A DNA stretch of 64,000 nt. Source: Candidatus Poseidoniaceae archaeon (GTDB lineage: Archaea > Thermoplasmatota > Poseidoniia > Poseidoniales > Poseidoniaceae). The notes below the pieces were generated by a model, which did no database searches, had not been told where the DNA came from, and was given only the letters and a program-made list of their open reading frames with translations. The first letter of the stretch is position 1, and each line of letters starts with the position of its first letter. The translations under genes and the position numbers were made by a program. Below, piece by piece: positions 1-9,897 of this stretch. The stretch lies in NCBI GenBank assembly GCA_045568475.1, contig JBJLAY010000028.1:121-64120 (forward strand), in the 5' to 3' direction.

Positions 1-2
1 GA

Positions 3-2318
3 GGAGGATACTGCCATGGTTCCAACACCAACGCCGTAGTCTCAATGTCAGGGCAACCTGCAAGTTATACTCCTGGGCAAACTTACACACTTTCTATTTC
101 AGTAACAGGAGGCGCTAGTGCCACCCAAGGCGGCTTCAGCCTAGATGTAAGCACGGGAACCCTTTCAGCAGGAGGAATAGGGATAATGGCCGTTAAGGTA
201 AATTCTGGAGGAACTAGTGCTACGCACACAACTAACAGTTATCGTAGTTGGAGTGTAGATTGGATTGCCCCACCTTCAGGGTCAGGAGTAGCAATTTTTG
301 ATTTAGCAGGCAATGCAGCAGATGGAAATGGTGGTAATGGAGGTGACAACTGGGACGCAATTAGTATTCAAATTCCAGAAGTTGGAGCTCCTAGCAACAA
401 CCCTCCAACCGCTTCGAATCTACAATTGAGCCCTTCAAACCCTGTTACAACAGACACACTATCGCTGACATATTCTTACCAAGATCCCGATGGAGATACT
501 GAGAGTGGCACTACAATCCACTGGTACAAAGATGGAGTTTTAGAGAGTTCCAGAAACAATCTAACAACAGTTCCAAGTTCCTTGACCACCAAAGGCGAAT
601 CATGGAATGTGACAGTTATTCCTAGTGATGGAATGGATGATGGAAATGCAATTGACTCATACGCAATAGGTATCGACAATTCGATTCCAACAGTATTGAG
701 TGCCTCAATAACTCCCTATAATGCAACAGAAAGTGATGACCTCACACTTGGATGGAGTTCTGCAGATGCGGATAACGATGTACTTTCCAGTGCAATCGAA
801 TGGTATGTTGATGACTCCAAAGTCTCAGCCTTCGATAATGATGTAACTATTCCATCTGTTGCGATAAGAGATGGCGATGTTTGGTATGCAAAAATAAGAG
901 TTAACGATGGCGAAGCCGACAGCGCTTGGTTAACAACTCAAACGATCACAATTGGCAGCGATAATACTCCGCCAACAATGACCAGCGTTTCCCTTAGTGG
1001 GCCATATACTACTGTCGACGATTTGGTAGCGACTGCATTGGCAAACGATGATGACAATGATCAACTAACATATGAGTGGGAATGGACAGGTACTCTATTC
1101 ACATCCGATACTTTACCAGCCTCACAAACCAACAAAGGCGAGTCTTGGAGCGTGCGATGCCGAGTAACAGACGGCTCGGCTTATTCCGCATGGATGGAGA
1201 GTAACTCTGTGACTATTCAAAACACAGCACCGGTTTTGCTAAGCCTATCTATCGAACAGGAAACAATATTTTTCGAGAGTGAAGCAACCTATGTCTATGA
1301 AGCATCAGATGTAGACGGTGACTCTGTTTACGCCAATGAGATTTGGTCATTAGATGGAGATGTACTAACTCTAACGCTTTCAGTGAGCGATACAGATATG
1401 AGCCAATCAGCTTCCTTATCCGACTCAGTTATCATCGTAAATTCTCCTCCGACAGCATCCTATGATGGAGCCACAACACAAGACGCATTAACGAATCTAA
1501 ATCCAACGGTAACAACTTCGGATGCAAATTCAGATTTAGTTACAGTCTCGTGGCAATGGGCTAGAAATGGATTTACCACCGACTACAATCAAAGTTTCAT
1601 TCCATCATCTTCCCTGGGTGCAGGGGATGTTTGGATAGCTTTGGTAACTCCAAACGATGGTATCGATGACGGGCAGGTTTTGGTAATCGAAATCACGATT
1701 TCTAATACAGACCCGGTCGCTGTAATTACTTCTCCTGAATCTTTGGTTCAAGGTTCAATGGTTACATTTTCAGCCGATCAATCAACAGATGTTGACGGAG
1801 CAGTAGTTAATGCGATATGGAGTATCGATGACGTAGTTGTTCACAATGGGATGTCTTTCACGACTATGATGAGCGAACAAATAACAGTCCAGTTAAAGGC
1901 AATCGATGACATGGGTGCAATGGACTCAATATCTCAAACCTTTAATGGTGAATTACCACCTTATGCGACGGAAGTTGAAGTCAGTATAGACGGCACTGAA
2001 GTAGTAATTACATGGGAAGGAGCCGCCAATGAATGGGCTGTTTTACACAATGGAGAAGTCATTGGAATCACAGCCGGAAAATCATTCCGCCATTCACCAA
2101 CGATGGAGGGAACTCACACATACAATGTGATTCCAATCGTTGATGGGCAACAGATACAATGGGAAAGTGATGAATCAACAGATTCTGTAGAACTAGATTC
2201 TAACATTGTTCCAGAAAAGCCAGGGCCGAGTGAAACTGCTGGAATGATTTTCAGCATTATCCTACTTCTCGCTGGTATCACTGGTGTTGCATTATCATTT
2301 ATTCCTAGGAGGGATTGA
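3..2318 (+). CDS. Surface protein, 5'-truncated by the window: reeler/choice-of-anchor-V-like N-domain, Ig-like/cadherin-like repeats, PKD domain, C-terminal TM anchor
   Basis: Frame is open from base 3 (GGYCHGSNTNAVVS precedes the M at 45). Repeats of the type NxPP...DxDGD...W...G; PKD-like STDVDG..W; hydrophobic C-terminus followed by RRD. Confidence 0.8.
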   Translation, partial: GGYCHGSNTNAVVSMSGQPASYTPGQTYTLSISVTGGASATQGGFSLDVSTGTLSAGGIGIMAVKVNSGGTSATHTTNSYRSWSVDWIAPPSGSGVAIFDLAGNAADGNGGNGGDNWDAISIQIPEVGAPSNNPPTASNLQLSPSNPVTTDTLSLTYSYQDPDGDTESGTTIHWYKDGVLESSRNNLTTVPSSLTTKGESWNVTVIPSDGMDDGNAIDSYAIGIDNSIPTVLSASITPYNATESDDLTLGWSSADADNDVLSSAIEWYVDDSKVSAFDNDVTIPSVAIRDGDVWYAKIRVNDGEADSAWLTTQTITIGSDNTPPTMTSVSLSGPYTTVDDLVATALANDDDNDQLTYEWEWTGTLFTSDTLPASQTNKGESWSVRCRVTDGSAYSAWMESNSVTIQNTAPVLLSLSIEQETIFFESEATYVYEASDVDGDSVYANEIWSLDGDVLTLTLSVSDTDMSQSASLSDSVIIVNSPPTASYDGATTQDALTNLNPTVTTSDANSDLVTVSWQWARNGFTTDYNQSFIPSSSLGAGDVWIALVTPNDGIDDGQVLVIEITISNTDPVAVITSPESLVQGSMVTFSADQSTDVDGAVVNAIWSIDDVVVHNGMSFTTMMSEQITVQLKAIDDMGAMDSISQTFNGELPPYATEVEVSIDGTEVVITWEGAANEWAVLHNGEVIGITAGKSFRHSPTMEGTHTYNVIPIVDGQQIQWESDESTDSVELDSNIVPEKPGPSETAGMIFSIILLLAGITGVALSFIPRRD

Positions 2319-3389
2319 ATGAGAGCAAAAGTCATCATTATGCTGTGTGTTTTACTGCTATCTACAACAGTTTCAACAGCTAATCCTGGTGGCAAAGGAG
2401 ACGATGTAAGATCTCGAGATTGCGCAGGTTCTTGCCATGCATCTTCCTCATCTAATGGCGTATCTACGGCAATTTTGGACATAACTTTCCCAAACGAGGT
2501 TTACGCAGGGCTTTTGATTGAAATTCAAACTTCGGTCGAGTCTGTTGATGTGAGTTCAAACAATATGGTTGGAATATCTCTTCTAATCAACTCCGATGGG
2601 GCAAAGGATTTGCCTGCTAATGACGGATGGGAAGTCATCACAGACCCTAACGGTGGAACGAATAATTATGTTGAGATTACAGATTCTTTTTCTTCTCAAA
2701 ATACTGTGAATCGAAGTTGGACACTACGTGCTCCATCTGAACCTGGAAATTATGAATTGTATCTAGCAGTTCAACACGGAACTCCGGAAGGCGGGGTTGC
2801 AATGAGTGGGATTTCAGATATCAAACCAGTATTGGTCGTAGAAGTTCCTGAAAATTTACCTAGACTTTCTCCAGATTGGGAGCCAATCAATACTAGGGGC
2901 TTAGGCGAAGAAACAACAATTACGCTTGATACATTGAATACAGATTCAGCCACGGTTGAACTAATGAACGGTGCCGAAGTGATCGTTATTCCAGTAGTCG
3001 ACGACCAGTTTACGATACCTGCTGCAGTGAACCCCGGCATAGTTCAATGGAGGGTAATTTTAGAGGGCGAAGGGCCAACTCAAACCTCTCCTTGGTTTAG
3101 AATTACAGCACAGGAGCCGGGCTGGGAAGTTGATGAAACAGCATTGTACCTTCAGAGCATAGCATTGTTCCTTTTGTGTGCAGGTTTGGTAATCATGCAG
3201 AGGCCCAGGAATGAAGAGGTTACGAAGGAATACGACAACACAGAATTCGTAGCTGCAACAATTGAAGCTAGCCAAGAAACTCAATCCCCACCAATTCCAG
3301 ATGGAGGAATACCGGCCGGCTGGACTATGGAGCAATGGGAGTACTACGGGCATGAACACCTAGAAAAGATGGAAAGAGGTGAAGTCTGA
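2319..3389 (+). CDS. Secreted, membrane-anchored reeler/choice-of-anchor-V-like protein with CxxxCH motif
   Basis: Signal peptide, DCAGSCH, WTLRAP motif, TM near the C-terminus, cytoplasmic PPIPDGGIPAGWTMEQWEYYG tail. Starts immediately after the upstream stop. Confidence 0.7.
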   Translation: MRAKVIIMLCVLLLSTTVSTANPGGKGDDVRSRDCAGSCHASSSSNGVSTAILDITFPNEVYAGLLIEIQTSVESVDVSSNNMVGISLLINSDGAKDLPANDGWEVITDPNGGTNNYVEITDSFSSQNTVNRSWTLRAPSEPGNYELYLAVQHGTPEGGVAMSGISDIKPVLVVEVPENLPRLSPDWEPINTRGLGEETTITLDTLNTDSATVELMNGAEVIVIPVVDDQFTIPAAVNPGIVQWRVILEGEGPTQTSPWFRITAQEPGWEVDETALYLQSIALFLLCAGLVIMQRPRNEEVTKEYDNTEFVAATIEASQETQSPPIPDGGIPAGWTMEQWEYYGHEHLEKMERGEV

Positions 3390-3898
3390 TGATTTCTGCA
3401 GGAACGTTTCATGTCATTTCAACCGAATTGACAATCGGTATGTTCGCTCTTTCAGGCGTTGCTTTCTTTCTTTGCATGATAAAAAAAGGCCCAGAATCCC
3501 GTGAAGCAGTAGCCCACTGGGCCATGTGTGGGGGATTAATTGCAACTCCATTAGCAATAATTAGCGGCATCAATGCATCACCGGGCGATGGAATTGACAA
3601 TCCATTATTGGCTAACAAGATGCTACTTTCTATGATATCTGCTGGGTTAGCAGTAGGCGTTCTTGTAAGAAGGAAATTAGGCGCAGAAGTCGATTCGAGA
3701 CACGCAGGAATAGGTATGGCAGCAGTTGGTTTGATGCTAACTACTGCTGGAATGGGAGGGGAGTTTTCCAGAGGGGAAACGCTACTTCTGTTTGTACCAA
3801 AAGAGACAGTAATGATATTCCCATTATGGGCTAGTATCGTATTGATCTTACTAGGGATTGTAATCCTCAGCAAATCAGCCATAGAGCATCGAAGTTGA
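3389..3898 (+). CDS. DUF2231-like integral membrane protein (about 5 TM)
   Basis: FHVISTELTIG resembles the DUF2231 H-x4-HFPI start, and GMGGEF resembles G..GG.L. TGATG coupling with the upstream gene. Confidence 0.55.
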   Translation: MISAGTFHVISTELTIGMFALSGVAFFLCMIKKGPESREAVAHWAMCGGLIATPLAIISGINASPGDGIDNPLLANKMLLSMISAGLAVGVLVRRKLGAEVDSRHAGIGMAAVGLMLTTAGMGGEFSRGETLLLFVPKETVMIFPLWASIVLILLGIVILSKSAIEHRS

Positions 3899-4672
3899 AG
3901 ATGGGCTCGGATCAGAATCTACTCCTTCTACCATGCCACGAATTTGCTCTTCTAATTGCTGAGCTTCTTCTAGAAGTGGGCCGTGATCTAAATCTACTAC
4001 TGGTAACATTTTGTTGAGATGCTCAATGATGACTGCTGCGGCTCTAGCATCAGGGAACCTCGGGTCTGCTTCCACCATTATGCTCATGATATTTCGCCCC
4101 CTACTTCCTCCTTCGCTAAGCATTGCACCAGTCATTCCTTTGATGACTCCTTGTTCGAGTAATGGAATTTCCATATCTTTCAAAATTTCAGCCATCATTG
4201 GTGTTGCTGCAACTCCGAGGACATCTACATCCGGAGTATCTTCATACTCAACCATTGGCTCATTTCCTTGCAACCCCCCCTTCATTCCTTTGCGGGCGAA
4301 AGCATCGATTAGGACCCCCATGGCTGCTTTTTCATTTTTTGACCAAGTAAATATTTCACTTACAATCTCATGCACTAATGGGTCTGGAACAATCAGTTCA
4401 CTCATCAATAATAGAACCTTATCGCAGCCTTCTATTTTGCAGATAGGCTTACCTAAATACGCCCTGATAGGAGGTAAAGGAACTCCATTTTGAACTAAGC
4501 AAATTGCGGGTAACTTAGGATGCGCAACCCCGCCAATGAATTCAAGCTCAAGGTGATCGATTAGAAAATGCGCAACCACACTAGATACCATTCCTACACT
4601 GGGAAAGCAACACACTACTAGTGCATCTTCGATATCAGCACTCTTGTCAAGCCAAACCTTTGCCCCTTCCAT
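3875..4672 (-). CDS. PAC2-family proteasome assembly chaperone (PbaA/PbaB-like) with C-terminal HbYX
   Basis: FPSVGMVS, PDARAAA, LLEEAQQLEEQI; ends in LYG. Start reset to MEGAK at 4672. Confidence 0.88.
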   Translation of the reverse strand: MEGAKVWLDKSADIEDALVVCCFPSVGMVSSVVAHFLIDHLELEFIGGVAHPKLPAICLVQNGVPLPPIRAYLGKPICKIEGCDKVLLLMSELIVPDPLVHEIVSEIFTWSKNEKAAMGVLIDAFARKGMKGGLQGNEPMVEYEDTPDVDVLGVAATPMMAEILKDMEIPLLEQGVIKGMTGAMLSEGGSRGRNIMSIMVEADPRFPDARAAAVIIEHLNKMLPVVDLDHGPLLEEAQQLEEQIRGMVEGVDSDPSPSSTSMLYG

Positions 4673-4765
4673 AACCTTAGGACAACACACTCGTGTATAA
4701 TCTCGCCCCCTTTGATGCTCTAAAATAATCCCAAGCAATTTGAAGGGGAAGCGTATAGCCTGATT

Positions 4766-5911
4766 ATGGGCGAGGAAAGAGCACACACTCTTTCTCCTTC
4801 AGCGTGGAATCGTTTTGAGACCTGCCCCCGGATGTATTGGTTGAGTAGGCAAAAGTTGCCAAGAAAGGCAGGAATGGCTGCCAGCGTTGGAACTGCCGTA
4901 CATGCTTCGATTGAAGATTTGTTACAAATCGACTTGTCTCATCTAAAACCTAGTGACACAAGATGGCTTCCTAAATTGGCTGAAGACTACCTGAAAACAA
5001 GATGGGAAGAAGAGAAGGAAGTATTCTTTGCAACACCTAGACGCCCAATGTGGAAAGAGAAAGAGTGGGATAAGGCCAAAAGAATGCAAAGAGGTGCGAT
5101 TAAGATGCTTCTAGAATTCATAGGGGCAAAAGGTGTAACTCCACTAAAGACATCTGTAGCCCTTTGGAACAAATTGCTATCCAGGGTGATTGCAGTTGAA
5201 GGGGAATTACGGACTAAAGATAATCGCTTAATGGGGCGACTAGATATGCTGTTTGCCGATGTTGGAGAAGACGGTAATCTCAACGGATGGATAGTTGCTG
5301 ATTTGAAAACAGGTCGAGCGCCAGAGTCTGAATTGAAGCCTGAAGTACAGAGGCAATTGCTTCTGTACCGGGATATTTTACTGTCTAACAATCCGAATGC
5401 ACCTCCTGTCAAAACAGAAGGATGGTATACAGCCAATGCAACTCGGTATACCGCGAACGGCTCTTCTGTAATGGATTCCGCCTTAGCTGCATGGGAAGCG
5501 ACCAAACCTAGTGAGACACCTTTGGATGCAACTCCAGGCCAATCCTCTTGTGGTGGATTTTGTGATTGGAAAGCATGGTGCCCACATTGGTGGAATTGGA
5601 GATCTGAAAATGGTACTTTAGGTAGTGGTGATTTTTCAGATTCGGTTATTCTATTGCATCACTTCGATGAAAACAATGGCTCCGGTATTGCAGAGATTTG
5701 TGAACCAGCCAACGCCGAGGGAAGACCAATGCCTACTGGATTACAAGTTCCAATAACTTTTGATGGCCGTGGAAAAGAAGCCCTGCAAGAATTACTTTCT
5801 ACGGGCCACCAAGGACCAATTTTTATCGGCGGAGCAATGACAAATAGAGAAACATGGAGAGTTGGTCATTGGTGCGACGTACTCGCCTGGTCACCAATCC
5901 CTGATGCTTGA
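4766..5911 (+). CDS. PD-(D/E)XK nuclease, Cas4/RecB-like, with 4-Cys Fe-S staple motif
   Basis: LSPS..FETCP, GTAVH, GRLD, DLKTG, QLLLY, CGGFCDWKAWC. Confidence 0.85.
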   Translation: MGEERAHTLSPSAWNRFETCPRMYWLSRQKLPRKAGMAASVGTAVHASIEDLLQIDLSHLKPSDTRWLPKLAEDYLKTRWEEEKEVFFATPRRPMWKEKEWDKAKRMQRGAIKMLLEFIGAKGVTPLKTSVALWNKLLSRVIAVEGELRTKDNRLMGRLDMLFADVGEDGNLNGWIVADLKTGRAPESELKPEVQRQLLLYRDILLSNNPNAPPVKTEGWYTANATRYTANGSSVMDSALAAWEATKPSETPLDATPGQSSCGGFCDWKAWCPHWWNWRSENGTLGSGDFSDSVILLHHFDENNGSGIAEICEPANAEGRPMPTGLQVPITFDGRGKEALQELLSTGHQGPIFIGGAMTNRETWRVGHWCDVLAWSPIPDA

Positions 5912-6718
5912 TACAAACTCACTGAGAGTGTTTCTTGCAGCCTCATCTTCTACACCATTGGGTGATAATAACCAGTCCAAATACCTCGGGTCTTCTTTCC
6001 CAATAGTGTGCAAATCTTTCCCGCGATGCCTTCCAAACCCAACGATGTATACGCCGTCGTCAATTTTTATCCTACCTTGTTTGTCAAGGGAATCCAAGTC
6101 TCCTAAAGAACGTCCCAACTCACTTTCATCTCTACGAACTTCGCCATTGATTAGCCATTGTTCAATTTCTACTAACGACCGCCTAAAACTCGACGGGTGA
6201 TCTCGCATCAATTTCCAAAGCAGGAGTAAACTTGCAGCAGCATCAGCCGCAGCATCGTGAGCATTCGACAAATCGATTCCATTTCTTGCACACTGCGCCC
6301 CTAGGTTGTGAGGCCGCGGGATCTTTAACCTACGGACCATCTCCAATGTGTCTAGAACTACCAGGGGTTCAGGAGGAACCATTCCACATCTGTAATACTC
6401 ATTTTGTAGTAGTGGCATATCGAATCTACGAGCATTATGCCCTACGATAACTGCACCATCCATCAAATCGAAAAGTTCCGCTGCATAATGTTTGAAAACA
6501 GGCTCATTGCGAACCTTTGAATCATATATTCCATGTACCCTTGATGCACCAGAAGGAATCGGCCTTTGAGGGTTGATTAGTACGTCATAGTGCACAGTTT
6601 CACCGTTTGATTCAGCACCGATTAGTGCTACCTGCACAATGCGATCATTATTAGTCGAAATACCTGTAGTTTCTAAGTCGAAAGCTAGGACTTTGTGCCC
6701 CTCGAGAATATCGACCAT
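5891..6718 (-). CDS. DEDDh 3'-5' exonuclease (DnaQ/ExoX-like)
   Basis: FDLETTG, GHNARRFD, AHDAAAD; C-terminal FGRHRGK..YLDWL module. Start reset to MVDIL. Confidence 0.9.
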   Translation of the reverse strand: MVDILEGHKVLAFDLETTGISTNNDRIVQVALIGAESNGETVHYDVLINPQRPIPSGASRVHGIYDSKVRNEPVFKHYAAELFDLMDGAVIVGHNARRFDMPLLQNEYYRCGMVPPEPLVVLDTLEMVRRLKIPRPHNLGAQCARNGIDLSNAHDAAADAAASLLLLWKLMRDHPSSFRRSLVEIEQWLINGEVRRDESELGRSLGDLDSLDKQGRIKIDDGVYIVGFGRHRGKDLHTIGKEDPRYLDWLLSPNGVEDEAARNTLSEFVSSIRDW

Positions 6719-6791
6719 GGTATCGGGTAAAGTCCGACCCAAATGAACATCACTACACAATTTCTATTTCTTTGATAATAGAGGACAACAT

Positions 6792-7115
6792 ATGGGCATC
6801 AGAGATTGGTTTAAGAAAAAGTCGGAAAAGCCGGAAGTTGGAACCGAGTCACCAATACAATTACCCGAACTCGACAAAGATGCTCTTTTTGCGGAAACTC
6901 TCTCAGCCTTAGATTCAGAAGAAGTTGAATTGGCACCAGAATTAGTCGTTGAAACCACCCCTGAATATGATGTAGGGGATGTCGATGTTAGTGCATTATT
7001 AGATGAAGAAATGGAATCAAATTATGACCTGAATACCGTCGAGGGTTCCGAAATAGAAGATATGCTTGCAGATGCTAAGATAATCGGCGACCTACCTGAA
7101 GAAGTAGAAATCTAA
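6792..7115 (+). CDS. Acidic hypothetical protein
   Basis: 107-aa ORF with GAGGA upstream, filling the gap between genes. Confidence 0.65.
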   Translation: MGIRDWFKKKSEKPEVGTESPIQLPELDKDALFAETLSALDSEEVELAPELVVETTPEYDVGDVDVSALLDEEMESNYDLNTVEGSEIEDMLADAKIIGDLPEEVEI

Positions 7116-7175
7116 TCTTGTAAATCCTATCCATATAGGGGGCATTATTAGATATGAAGCGTTCTAGGGCATGTT

Positions 7176-8339
7176 ATGGACAGAAAGGGAGGCTTGTTTC
7201 TAACAGCCCTACTTTTGGTTCAATTGCTAGCGGGGTGTACTAGTGTTTTGGATGAAACTGTTGACCCAAGGGCGGTTCTGACAGCAACTCCTTCAGAGAT
7301 ACAACAAGGTGAAGAAGTAACCTTTGATGCCCGAGGATCCGATGCAATAGAAGGCGTCATCACAGAGTTCAATTGGGACTTTGGGGATGGGACTGAAATA
7401 ACAACACTAGCAGGTTTTACTTCCCATCAGTTCCAAAAATCCGGTCAATTCAATGTCCAATTAACAGTAGTTAACGATCAAGGAGGGTCCGATTCCACCA
7501 GCATTCTAGTTCGTGTTAACGGAGCACCTTTGCTAAACCTCTCAATTCCAGAAGTTGTCCGTAGTGGAGACATTGTGCTCCTTGATGCATCAAGAACAAC
7601 AGACCCAGAAGGCGCTCCAATGTATTTCACCTGGGATCTAAATTTCTTAGAAGATAGTGACAGCGATGGCGATGCTAGAAACGACATTGATTCTACAGAA
7701 GAGATGGTTTACTTGCCAACAGAATCGAGTGGGACGATTCTTGGCTCGGTAACCGTTGATGACAGACAGGGCGGAGTTGCCACTGAACAATTTACAATTG
7801 AAGTGCAACCTCGCCGATACAAGGTTTCATGGGTCCAGAATACCCTTGAATGGAATTATGACGAATATCTGGACCAAGGTGAAAGCTGGAGCGATAACAT
7901 GACCCCTGGTGATGGTGCAAGGATAATGGCTTACGACGCACTATTGGAGTTAGACCAAGACTTAATTTTACCACCTGATGATTTTACCCTATCAATAAAC
8001 ATCGTAGATGACGGACATCGAAAGAGTGCTGAAACAAGTCCCGGTAACATTACAAGAAACGAGACCACAACTGCAGAACTAAATGCCAGTAGTTTGAATC
8101 CTAGTGGTGAAGAGGGAGTGTTTGAAGCAGACAGTGAAGAACAACTATTGCAAGCGTTGCTAAATGAGCCAGGTGCACGCTTCGGCCAAGGTGAATGGAT
8201 TTGGACAATCGTTGCTCAAAATGCCAACCCCGACTCCCAATTCCCTGGCCAGCCCGACCCTGATACTGGAAACGATTGGACACTAACGATTGTAATCACA
8301 ATTCTAACTCCGGTACTTACCGAAGTTGCTTACGAGTAA
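7176..8339 (+). CDS. PKD-domain lipoprotein
   Basis: Lipobox LAGC, WDFGDG PKD signature, second PKD-like repeat. Confidence 0.8.
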   Translation: MDRKGGLFLTALLLVQLLAGCTSVLDETVDPRAVLTATPSEIQQGEEVTFDARGSDAIEGVITEFNWDFGDGTEITTLAGFTSHQFQKSGQFNVQLTVVNDQGGSDSTSILVRVNGAPLLNLSIPEVVRSGDIVLLDASRTTDPEGAPMYFTWDLNFLEDSDSDGDARNDIDSTEEMVYLPTESSGTILGSVTVDDRQGGVATEQFTIEVQPRRYKVSWVQNTLEWNYDEYLDQGESWSDNMTPGDGARIMAYDALLELDQDLILPPDDFTLSINIVDDGHRKSAETSPGNITRNETTTAELNASSLNPSGEEGVFEADSEEQLLQALLNEPGARFGQGEWIWTIVAQNANPDSQFPGQPDPDTGNDWTLTIVITILTPVLTEVAYE

Positions 8340-8693
8340 TCAACTGAATTGAATTGGTTGAACTGTTTTCCAGTTAGCATTAGCTAATTTCTTTGCCTTT
8401 CCGTCAGCGATGATTGGATGGATTTTATTCAATCTTCCATGCATCCCCTGCACACTGAACTTTACACGAAGCTCAACCATACGCTCCCTTTCAGCAGCCT
8501 CGATCTGCTCATCGTCTAAATCTACGCTAGCCATCTCTACTCCGGTTGTAGCAGATGAAATAGAGAACCTCTTTCCGTTGACGTGGGCGACAGGTCTGAA
8601 GTCCATATCGTCAGGATTATTCATCAATACTTCTAGGTCGATGGAAAGGTAATCGCGAACGTTGACACGCTTGATATTGATGGAATCTACCAT
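8340..8693 (-). CDS. Hypothetical protein
   Basis: About 117-aa ORF convergent with the PKD gene; protein-like composition. Confidence 0.6.
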   Translation of the reverse strand: MVDSINIKRVNVRDYLSIDLEVLMNNPDDMDFRPVAHVNGKRFSISSATTGVEMASVDLDDEQIEAAERERMVELRVKFSVQGMHGRLNKIHPIIADGKAKKLANANWKTVQPIQFS

Positions 8694-8801
8694 GATGACC
8701 AAACATGCCGAGAGGGCGGGTATTCAAAATCTCTCGCATTAAGCCGGGGCATTGGGTATTCACCCTAGTGTTTGATATGGGTTGACTGAAATGTGCAAAT
8801 T

Positions 8802-9083
8802 ATGTCCCCCCCTACTATCGGCCAAGGTACACAAAAGAAAGCCAGACTGCAGAGACTCAAAGACGAAGTCAAGAGATTTGTATTTGCTAATCCAGGTTGT
8901 AGTGCGCAAACGATTGTGGCACACTTAAGCCATGACAAAAAACTACGAAATCATGGATTAACTCCAAGAAAAATTGGGTTCTTCATACCACGTCATTTGA
9001 AAGCACACCTTGTATGGTGGCAAGACCATGTCGCAGGAAGGAGAGTTTACGGGCCTGACGATTATGATGAATCGACAGTCTGA
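8802..9083 (+). CDS. Small basic protein, putative winged-helix DNA-binding
   Basis: FVFANPGCSAQTIVAHL...LTPRKIGFFI helix pattern; TATA-like TTTGATAT at 8771-8778. Confidence 0.55.
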   Translation: MSPPTIGQGTQKKARLQRLKDEVKRFVFANPGCSAQTIVAHLSHDKKLRNHGLTPRKIGFFIPRHLKAHLVWWQDHVAGRRVYGPDDYDESTV

Positions 9084-9109
9084 AAGAGTTTCATCTCCGA
9101 CCTAGTAAC

Positions 9110-9772
9110 ATGGCTGGGGTTACTGCGTACTTTGATCTTGATGGCACCTTGCTAGATGCGTCAAGTGAAAAAAGCCTCACTGCACTCTTGTCAAAGAGGA
9201 GGCCGTGGCGAATTCCATTGGGTGCGACCATGTGGTCCCTAGGCTTTATTGGAAACTTATTACGAGCTCGCTCAGTATATGATGCTGCTAGAAACAGAGG
9301 CCATCTTGCATTATGCAATTGGGAAACCCTACGTCAATTATCTTCAGAACTAGTTGAATCTAAATTGTCTAGTAGAGTTACATTGGAGGCGCTTGAAAGA
9401 CTTGAATGGCATCGTGAACAGGGCCATAGATTAGTTCTAGTCACAGCCACAGTCATGCCAATGGCTCAGGCAATGGCCGATTATTTAGCAATGGATGCAG
9501 TCTATGGATGCGGACCTGAAAACATGACGGGGATTATGAGCGGTTCTGAAAGGGGATGGAGTGTCCCTAGGCGGAAAGGAAAAGTTCCAATCGTTCAAGC
9601 AGACGCAGAATCAGTCGGTCACAATTTAGCAGAGTGCTGGGGATATGGGAATACACACGCTGATTCATTTTTCATGTCTATTACAGGAAACCCTGTTGCA
9701 GTAAATGCAGAAGGTAGACTGAAATCACTTGCAAAAGAGAAACAGTGGACTCAATTTGAATGGCGCATATGA
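9110..9772 (+). CDS. HAD-IB family hydrolase (SerB-like)
   Basis: DLDGT motif I, VTAT motif II, K and GNTHAD motifs (N where D is usual). Confidence 0.85.
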   Translation: MAGVTAYFDLDGTLLDASSEKSLTALLSKRRPWRIPLGATMWSLGFIGNLLRARSVYDAARNRGHLALCNWETLRQLSSELVESKLSSRVTLEALERLEWHREQGHRLVLVTATVMPMAQAMADYLAMDAVYGCGPENMTGIMSGSERGWSVPRRKGKVPIVQADAESVGHNLAECWGYGNTHADSFFMSITGNPVAVNAEGRLKSLAKEKQWTQFEWRI

Positions 9773-9786
9773 TGCGCCCGTCGCGC

Positions 9787-9792
9787 TTAAAT
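9787..9792 (+). promoter_or_regulatory. TATA box of tRNA-Arg
   Basis: TTAAAT about 30 nt upstream of the mature tRNA 5' end. Confidence 0.55.
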
Positions 9793-9820
9793 GGGGAAGG
9801 CAGGTCGCCGAGACTGCACT

Positions 9821-9894
9821 GGCCCCATAGTGTAGCCTGGATATCACAGTGGCTTGCGGAGCCACGAACCCGTGTTCGAATCGCGGTGGGGCCG
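9821..9894 (+). tRNA. tRNA-Arg(GCG), intronless, CCA not encoded
   Basis: Acceptor GGCCCCA/TGGGGCC plus G discriminator; D-stem GTG/CAC; anticodon arm GTGGC-TTGCGGA-GCCAC; T arm CCGTG-TTCGAAT-CGCGG. Confidence 0.96.
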
Positions 9895-9897
9895 CTC

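Noticed and set aside
4766..5911. CRISPR-Cas locus suggested by the Cas4-like gene
   Set aside because: No repeat-spacer array and no cas1, cas2 or effector genes seen in the window
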